A stretch of 32,000 nt of DNA from Candidatus Saccharimonadota bacterium. GTDB lineage: Archaea; Nanobdellota; Nanobdellia; Pacearchaeales; GW2011-AR1. The notes below the pieces were generated by a model. The model was not told the DNA's origin. It searched no databases and worked only from the letters and a program-made list of their open reading frames with translations. Positions 26,476-31,558 of the stretch are shown here, in pieces; the first letter of the stretch is position 1, and each line of letters begins with the position of its first letter. The stretch lies in NCBI GenBank assembly GCA_026002795.1, contig BPGA01000001.1:270001-302000 (forward strand). The letters are read 5' to 3'. A program made the translations under genes and the position numbers.

Positions 26476-26826
26476 TTAAGTTAAGTTTATCTCTCCTACT
26501 TTTTTTATAGAATCTGATTTTATTTTTACAAGAGTCAATAAATTGAAATTTCTTAAAATAAATTCTGGTTCTAAAATTTTTAATTTAGGTTTTTCTTCGT
26601 CGCCGTTTAGAACATAAATATAATAATTTACAACGTTTTTTCCTAATTTTTTGAATCCTTTAAAGCTAACAAGCAAATCAGAATCTCTTTCGTTTATTTT
26701 TATTTCAATAAGTCTGTCTCCTGATTTAATATCATATCCGTTTCTGAATTTATTTACTGTTTGTGGGTTTCTTCCTTGTTTTTTTTCGTAATCCAAAACC
26801 AATTCAATTGCTTTCTTTTTATCCAT
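26476..26826 (-). CDS. DUF3883-like (restriction-endonuclease-fold) small protein
   Basis: AIELVLDYEKKQGRNPQTV...NGYDIKSGDRLIEIK fits the DUF3883 pattern (YE..G..GYDI.S...IE[VI]K). The start was set to the ATG at 26826. Confidence 0.5.
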   Translation of the reverse strand: MDKKKAIELVLDYEKKQGRNPQTVNKFRNGYDIKSGDRLIEIKINERDSDLLVSFKGFKKLGKNVVNYYIYVLNGDEEKPKLKILEPEFILRNFNLLTLVKIKSDSIKKVGEINLT

Positions 26827-26904
26827 TTTTCCAAAAAAATTAAAAAACAAAAATATTTTGAAATTGTGGTTTATAAATTTTTCTATTCAAAATAATCAAC
26901 AAGT

Positions 26905-27576
26905 TTAAAGCCTATAACACCAATCACAACTTTTTGAGGGACATTCTGAATTAAGAAGATTTATTGCTTTCTTAAAGATAATTTCTGCGTTATTTGGATT
27001 TACTTTCTTTTTTACAAGAACAGAATCAAAAATGATTTCTCCGGTTTCAAGAATTTCTTTAGGAATATAAAACAAAAGAAAAGAGAAATCTTCTGTTTCA
27101 AAACCATTTTTTCTTAAAAGAAGATTGTAAATGTCTAGTTGTGTCTGATATCTTTCTGATGTATTTTCTTTCAAAGGAAAACCTCTTGTTTTGTAATCTA
27201 AAACAATTAATTTATCTTTATTCACTAAAAGGTTATCTATTGCTCCATAAAGCGTATTTCCGTGTTCGTCTGTCCATGAAATTCCTTTTAAATTATTTCT
27301 CCATTTTCTTAAAAGTTCTTCGTTATCAAAAAGCTTTAGATTTTTTGTGTCTGGGTGTTTTCTAATTTCTGGAGGTAGTTCTCCTCTTTTCATAAACTTA
27401 TCGAAATGTGTTTTGAGAATTTTGTCCATGCCGTTCATTAAACTTGCAACAATTGTTTCTGGTCTTTTCCAGATTTTGTTTTTCTCAAGCCAGAAGCACC
27501 TAGGACACTCTTCCATTAAAGCAATAGAAGCTGGAGAAAGCCTAAATGTTTTTCTAAATGTCTTAAAACTCTCCAT
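26905..27576 (-). CDS. Cas4/RecB-like PD-(D/E)xK nuclease with Cys cluster
   Basis: N-terminal LSPASIALMEECPRCFWL, then GAIDNL...LIVLDYKT (D...D-x-K), QLDIYNLLL (QxxxY) and C-terminal CPSKSCDWC. This is the Cys arrangement typical of Fe-S Cas4/AddB-type nucleases. Confidence 0.65.
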   Translation of the reverse strand: MESFKTFRKTFRLSPASIALMEECPRCFWLEKNKIWKRPETIVASLMNGMDKILKTHFDKFMKRGELPPEIRKHPDTKNLKLFDNEELLRKWRNNLKGISWTDEHGNTLYGAIDNLLVNKDKLIVLDYKTRGFPLKENTSERYQTQLDIYNLLLRKNGFETEDFSFLLFYIPKEILETGEIIFDSVLVKKKVNPNNAEIIFKKAINLLNSECPSKSCDWCYRL

Positions 27577-27666
27577 TTTAATTTAAAGAAAAACGGGTTT
27601 TAAAATTTAAAGTTTTTAAGTTTAAAAAATTATAGGAACGGGTTTATTAGTTGTTTTTAATAAAGT

Positions 27667-27690
27667 TGATAGAACAGAGCTTAATGATTA
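27667..27690. other. 8-8-8 inverted repeat TTCGTATA-aggtacat-TATACGAA (lox/dif-like recombinase core-site candidate, or hairpin terminator)
   Basis: Perfect 8-bp inverted arms with an asymmetric 8-bp spacer, followed by TTTTTT on the plus strand. The arms equal the inner 8 bp of loxP arms. Confidence 0.4.
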
Positions 27691-27909
27691 TGTTTTAAGG
27701 TTTTATGTTTTGAAAAATGAAGCTTTAGAGTTTTCAGTCTATTCTAAATTGTTTATATTTTTCGGGTTCGTATAAGGTACATTATACGAATTTTTTCTTT
27801 TAAAAGTCTAAAAAAAGTTGATAGAGAGAAAAAATAGGCCTTATAAACCATTTAGATGCTTATTATTTTTTGTTTTATAGACTATGTTTTTAATTTAATT
27901 AAACTTTTA

Positions 27910-27932
27910 TTAACTAAGGTTAACTTAGTTAA
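27910..27932. repeat. 9-5-9 palindrome TTAACTAAG-gttaa-CTTAGTTAA (operator-like), copy 1
   Basis: Perfect 9-bp inverted arms. A second copy with about 45 bp of similar flank lies at 28299-28321. Confidence 0.6.
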
Positions 27933-28022
27933 AATAGTCTATTAATCTTTGTCCTAATTTGTTCTAATTTAGCTCTTCTATAAAAAAATTATAGGTGTTA
28001 AATTTATTAAGATGATTTTAGA

Positions 28023-28187
28023 TTATCTTTTTTTTCTACTATAATTTCTTACTAGCTTTCCAATACCCATTACTAAAAAGGCTAAGCCAATAACCCAGTT
28101 TCCAAAAGTGCCTGTACTAACACCTAATAAAGGTAGGATCCAAAAAACACCTATTATAGTAACCATCCAAGCACTAAGCTTTGCCAT
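28023..28187 (-). CDS. 54-aa two-helix small membrane protein with a canonical Shine-Dalgarno leader
   Basis: Hand-translated as MAKLSAWMVTIIGVFWILPLLGVSTGTFGNWVIGLAFLVMGIGKLVRNYSRKKR. It is preceded by AAAGGAGGTGAAA-ATG (28188-28200), and by eye the local G+C is higher than in the flanks. Confidence 0.5.
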   Translation of the reverse strand: MAKLSAWMVTIIGVFWILPLLGVSTGTFGNWVIGLAFLVMGIGKLVRNYSRKKR

Positions 28188-28298
28188 TTTCACCTCCTTT
28201 CATTTTTTATTTTATTTAAACTTCTTAAAGATTTTATAGATTATAAATCTTTTCTTTCTATCTTTTTCTCTCTTTTTTCTCATTTTAATTTTAAATTT

Positions 28299-28321
28299 TT
28301 AACTAAGGTCAACTTAATTAA
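28299..28321. repeat. 9-5-9 palindrome TTAACTAAG-gtcaa-CTTAATTAA, copy 2 (one arm mismatch)
   Basis: Direct repeat of 27910-27932 including the flanking tttaattt..aaa..tttt context. It lies about 110 nt upstream of the small membrane ORF. Confidence 0.6.
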
Positions 28322-28448
28322 AAGATTATTTAGAATTAGGTGTTAAAATTAGTTATTAAAGGCTATTTAAGTATTGAAAAAGTGCAAGATTATTTAAATA
28401 TATGTTTAAATAAAATAGTTAAAAACATTTTTTAAGTAAAGATTTAAG

Positions 28449-28514
28449 AAACGGGTGTTTATGGGTGTTTAAACAGCTGTTTTTTGCTGTTTAATCTGTT
28501 TTTTATGGTGTTTT
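28449..28514 (+). repeat. six phased TGTTT-core iteron-like repeats (AAACGGGTGTTTA / AAACAGCTGTTTT / TTTATGGTGTTTT)
   Basis: TGTTT starts at 28456, 28466, 28478, 28488, 28497 and 28509, giving spacings of 9-12 bp. The same words recur inside the downstream CDS. Confidence 0.6.
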
Positions 28515-28652
28515 AATTAGAAAAAAGGAGATAGAATTAGGGGGTATTGATTTTTGGTTTTAAAGGTTAAAAAATAAAAACAGATTTTATGTATTTTTTC
28601 GTCGATGATTTTAAAAAGAAAGTTTTTTAAATAAAGATAGTTTTTATCTATT

Positions 28653-29276
28653 ATGTTTTGGTTTTTTAGGGGCAAAAAAGAGGTGGAAAGATTTAAAGAA
28701 GACGTTAAAAAAAGTTTTTCTTCTGTAAGAAAAGATATAGGGTCTCTAGTAAGGTGGGTTAAACATCTAGAAAATGAAAGAAAATTACAAAGAAATGAAA
28801 TTAATGACTTGAAAGAAGAAATATCGACGATAAAAGATGAGATTGAAAATTTAAAAAATGTAATTTCTATTATGAATGAAATTGGTAAACCAAACGTGTT
28901 TAAAACAACTAAACAGGTGTTTAATAAACAAACAGCTGTTTATGGTGTTCAAACAGGTGTTCAAACAGGTGTTCAAACACCAAATTTTGGTCAATTTTCA
29001 ACAATTGAGAGAGCAATAATCTGGGTACTTTTAAATACTGAAATGAAGCTAAGTTATGATGATTTAGCAGCTATTTTGGGAAAAGAGAGATCAACAGTAA
29101 GGGGCCATATTAATAGGATAAAACAAAAAAGTGAGGGTTTGATAAGTGAAATAATTGAAAAAAATGGAAAAAAGAGAGTTTTTATAGATAGTGGATTAAA
29201 AGAAAAAATGTTAAAAAAATTAAAAGTGAGAGTTAAAGATGAAGAAAAAAAGAAAAAAAATGAAAAAAATGAGTAA
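28653..29276 (+). CDS. coiled-coil / (GVQT)3 repeat linker / C-terminal HTH DNA-binding protein ('gene A')
   Basis: The N-terminus has heptad-like LENERKLQRNEINDLKEEISTIKDEIENLKNVI, followed by a GVQTGVQTGVQT linker. The C-terminus LSYDDLAAILGKERSTVRGHINRIKQKS resembles LuxR/sigma-r4/HTH_10-type HTH. Confidence 0.6.
   Translation: MFWFFRGKKEVERFKEDVKKSFSSVRKDIGSLVRWVKHLENERKLQRNEINDLKEEISTIKDEIENLKNVISIMNEIGKPNVFKTTKQVFNKQTAVYGVQTGVQTGVQTPNFGQFSTIERAIIWVLLNTEMKLSYDDLAAILGKERSTVRGHINRIKQKSEGLISEIIEKNGKKRVFIDSGLKEKMLKKLKVRVKDEEKKKKNEKNE
28944..28979 (+). repeat. perfect 3 x 12-bp tandem repeat GGTGTTCAAACA inside gene A
   Basis: The three units are 28944-28955, 28956-28967 and 28968-28979. 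Degenerate units AAACGTGTTTA (28892), AAACAGGTGTTTA (28911) and AAACAGCTGTTTA (28930) lie upstream. Confidence 0.9.
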
Positions 29277-29464
29277 AATTAATAAAAAAGAGAGTTAGTT
29301 AAAAATTTAAAAGTTATATAATTTGTTCGCATAATCTTAAAAAATTATTATTATATCAAAAGAATTTTCAAGTATTTTTAGTGTCTTTTTGTTTTTGTTA
29401 AAAAGTATTCGGTTAAGAGAATAAGTGTTTTTAAAAATCTAAAGTGTAAAAGAGCATAAAAAGT

Positions 29465-30103
29465 CTACAACTCTCTTAATTTTGAAATTGTTGAAAGAGT
29501 AGTTATTTTTTTGAGATCTTCTGAGATTTTAAGGTGTATCAGCTTATTATTTATTCTTATTTTCTTAATTGGAATGCCCTTATTAATTATCTTACTAGTA
29601 TAATCTCTGATAGAACTAGGAGTTAGGTTTAAAATTTTAGCTATTGACTTGTAATCTGCATAACCCCTTTCTTCCTCTAAAGTATATATTGTCGAAAAAA
29701 CTAAAAACTCTTGATTTGTGAGTCTTTTAAATTTTATCCTAAGTTCTTTTTTTAAGCTATCTAGAGAGTCTAAAATAGAGGAAATTTCTTTTAAATTAAT
29801 GCTTTTTTCAGGATGTGTGTCTGTCTGTCTATCTGTCTGTCTGTCTGTTGGAACCCCTTGATTTCCAGTGGAAATAGTTAAATTTTGGCCTTTTAAGGCT
29901 TTAAAGACGTGTTGATGTGCCGAATTTACTTGAGAGGGTGTTGTATTTTTATGTGCATCTGCTGATTCTTCAGATTTCTTATTAATGTTCTCTTCTATAG
30001 CTTTTTTTAATAAAAAGACTTCTTTTTTTAAAGAAGAAATCTCATTAAAAAGCGAGTTTATATCTCTCTTTATTTTCTGAAAAGCCTCTCTTATAGGATC
30101 CAT
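29465..30103 (-). CDS. coiled-coil / (DRQT) repeat linker / C-terminal HTH DNA-binding protein ('gene B', paralog-like to gene A)
   Basis: N-terminal INSLFNEISSLKKEVFLLKKAIEENI, linker PTDRQTDRQTDTH, and C-terminal LTNQEFLVFSTIY...YKSIAKILNLTPSSIRDYTSKIINKG HTH. This is the same three-part layout as gene A. Confidence 0.6.
   Translation of the reverse strand: MDPIREAFQKIKRDINSLFNEISSLKKEVFLLKKAIEENINKKSEESADAHKNTTPSQVNSAHQHVFKALKGQNLTISTGNQGVPTDRQTDRQTDTHPEKSINLKEISSILDSLDSLKKELRIKFKRLTNQEFLVFSTIYTLEEERGYADYKSIAKILNLTPSSIRDYTSKIINKGIPIKKIRINNKLIHLKISEDLKKITTLSTISKLREL
29821..29848. repeat. tetranucleotide microsatellite (CTGT)2-CTAT-(CTGT)4 inside gene B
   Basis: ctgtctgtctatctgtctgtctgtctgt was read directly and is preceded by gtgtgt. 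On the coding strand it is (ACAG)n, encoding TDRQTDRQTD. Confidence 0.9.
29853..29875 (-). other. near-canonical origin recognition box (ORB: dyad TTTCCACTGGAAA plus G-string GGGGT) embedded in gene B
   Basis: The plus strand reads ACCCCTTGATTTCCAGTGGAAAT and the minus strand reads ATTTCCACTGGAAATCAAGGGGT. It has the same architecture as the boxes next to orc1/cdc6. Confidence 0.5.
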
Positions 30104-30215
30104 TTTAATTTTCGGTTATTAACTTAAGATATAAAAAAGTATTATGTATAAAAATTTAATTATGGGAATTTATGTATTTCCTTCTTTTTTAGTTTATTTG
30201 GGTTTAACACTAAGT

Positions 30216-30482
30216 TCAGAGCAATTCTTGATAGGATTTATAGGCCTTATCACTTAAGATCCATCTTGATCTTTTTTTATAGAATTTTCCTTTAGGATTT
30301 TTTTTAACTTCATAAACAAGACCTTTTGTTTTCAGCTCTATCAATAATTTCTTTGTAAATTCTTCGTCTCTAGCTATTTCTTTTGCTATATGAGATGTAA
30401 AAATTGGTTTAGGAGATGAAGTATATAAAAAAGCTAAAATCTGTTCTAAAATTTTGTTCTTTTTTTCTTGAGAAACTTTCAT
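30216..30482 (-). CDS. small winged-helix DNA-binding protein
   Basis: 88 aa. ILEQILAFLYTSSPKPIFTSHIAKEIARDEEFTKKLLIELKTKGLVYEV fits the wHTH (MarR/ArsR-like) helix-turn-helix plus wing pattern. Confidence 0.5.
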   Translation of the reverse strand: MKVSQEKKNKILEQILAFLYTSSPKPIFTSHIAKEIARDEEFTKKLLIELKTKGLVYEVKKNPKGKFYKKRSRWILSDKAYKSYQELL

Positions 30483-30492
30483 TTCAGTTTTA

Positions 30493-30900
30493 TTATTCTG
30501 ATTTTTTAAAAGTAGGAAGAGGTAGATGTAAAGGAAGATTTAATTCATCTTCCAAACTCATTGCCTTTAAGCTAGCTTTTTTAAGAACACTATTAATTAA
30601 AGGAATTCTTACCTCATCAGGAACGTTCTTTTTTTTCCAACCTTTTAAAGTTTCTTTTGCTAATTTCTCATCAACAGAAAAGAGAATTTTTCCATCAATG
30701 ACGACTATTGCAAACTCTGGTTCATATTTCACTTTATAACTAAAACTAGCTTCTAAAATTGGTTCTTTAGTTTTTAAAAAGTCTTGTTTAAGTTCTTTAA
30801 AATTAGGAAAGTCTATTTCTGTATTTATTGTAATTTTTCCAGAGACTTCTTTTAATCTTTCTGCGTTTACTTTTGTAAAATTAAATCCAAGTATTTTCAT
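30493..30900 (-). CDS. hypothetical protein, weak SecB-like chaperone resemblance
   Basis: ILGFNFTKVNAER..., FAIVVIDGKILFSV and IPLINSVLKKASLKAMSLEDELNLPLHLPLPTF loosely parallel the SecB strand/helix order. Judged by eye only. Confidence 0.25.
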   Translation of the reverse strand: MKILGFNFTKVNAERLKEVSGKITINTEIDFPNFKELKQDFLKTKEPILEASFSYKVKYEPEFAIVVIDGKILFSVDEKLAKETLKGWKKKNVPDEVRIPLINSVLKKASLKAMSLEDELNLPLHLPLPTFKKSE

Positions 30901-30946
30901 CTTTAAGATAAAGATAAATTGTTTTTTTAAAATTTTAGTTTTTAAT

Positions 30947-31207
30947 TTAGATGAGGTCTTCTTCAGATACTACAATAAAGTCTCCTATTGCAATAATTGA
31001 ATTAAAAGGAATTAAAGTTTCATTTGAAGAAGTTTTTTCTAGATTAAGGTTTCTAGTGTAAGGTGTTGCGTCTTTAACAACTAAACTTATTAACTCTCCT
31101 GACCTAGTTTCAAAAGTAATATCTTTAACAAAACCAAGTCTCCTACCTTCTTTTGTAACAATCATTTTACCTATTAAAGAATTATAAGGGTGTTTTTCGC
31201 TAGGCAT
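30947..31207 (-). CDS. PRC-barrel domain protein
   Basis: LIGKMIVTKEGRRLGFVKDITFETRSGELISLVV...IPFNSIIAIGDFIVV is the standard small archaeal PRC-barrel pattern. Confidence 0.7.
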   Translation of the reverse strand: MPSEKHPYNSLIGKMIVTKEGRRLGFVKDITFETRSGELISLVVKDATPYTRNLNLEKTSSNETLIPFNSIIAIGDFIVVSEEDLI

Positions 31208-31294
31208 TTTAAAAAGAAATGAGAAGTATATTTAAACTTTTCTGTAATCTTTAATAAATATTTATAAAAATATCTAGAATAAATTAAGTATCTC

Positions 31295-31317
31295 ACCCCT
31301 TATTTTCTTTTGGAAAA
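31295..31317 (-). other. degenerate ORB-like box (G-string ACCCC on plus strand), left border of candidate oriC
   Basis: ACCCCTTATTTTCTTTTGGAAAA aligns with the gene-B box ACCCCTTGATTTCCAGTGGAAAT at 17 of 23 positions, counted by hand. It is in inverted orientation to the box at 31439-31461. Confidence 0.45.
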
Positions 31318-31438
31318 GATTTAAAAAAAGAATTCAAAAATTTCTTTTTTTATTTTTAATTTTTAAATTTTTATATTTTATAGTATATATCTTTTCTTTT
31401 TTGAATTCACAAGGCTTTTTTCTTTCAAATTTTCTAAC
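31318..31438. other. AT-rich candidate duplex-unwinding element
   Basis: gatttaaaaaaagaattcaaaaatttctttttttatttttaatttttaaatttttatattttatagtatatat... is almost devoid of G/C and is flanked by inverted ORB-like boxes. Confidence 0.45.
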
Positions 31439-31461
31439 ATTTCCATAGGAAATAAAGGTGT
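31439..31461 (+). other. ORB-like box ATTTCCATAGGAAATAAAGGTGT
   Basis: Dyad TTTCCATAGGAAA is followed 4 nt later by GGTGT, a degenerate G-string. It lies about 100 nt upstream of the orc1/cdc6 ATG. Confidence 0.5.
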
Positions 31462-31537
31462 CTTTCTTTTTAAGTAGTCATAACTCTTTAAAACCTCTAA
31501 AATTATTTTTTCGATGATTTTTTTCAAAAAAAGTTTT

Positions 31538-31558
31538 TTTCCATAAGAAATAAAAGTT
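31538..31558 (+). other. second, more degenerate ORB-like box TTTCCATAAGAAATAAAAGTT
   Basis: It matches tttccataggaaataaagg at 17 of 19 positions and is in the same orientation. It ends 6 nt before the orc1/cdc6 start. Confidence 0.35.

Noticed and set aside
28524-28545. aaaggagatagaattagggggt was considered as a further ORB-like box, being a half dyad plus a GGGGGT G-string.
   Set aside because: Only the G-string and a few half-site bases align, and the dyad is missing. It is too weak to call without a genome-wide motif model.
27577-28652. A CRISPR array was considered because of the many short repeats.
   Set aside because: There is no regularly spaced identical 24-40-nt repeat with unique spacers. 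The repeats belong to several different word families with irregular spacing, and there are no cas genes apart from a solo Cas4-like nuclease.
25527-31207. The whole 25.5-31.2 kb segment was considered as a classical integrated provirus or plasmid bounded by att direct repeats next to an integrase.
   Set aside because: I found no flanking direct repeats and no tRNA-gene target. The recombinase has the XerA/XerC-type N-terminal domain expected of the housekeeping dimer resolvase. The PRC-barrel and orc1 genes look chromosomal. The narrower 26.5-30.1 kb region is kept only as a 'mobile-derived?' hypothesis.
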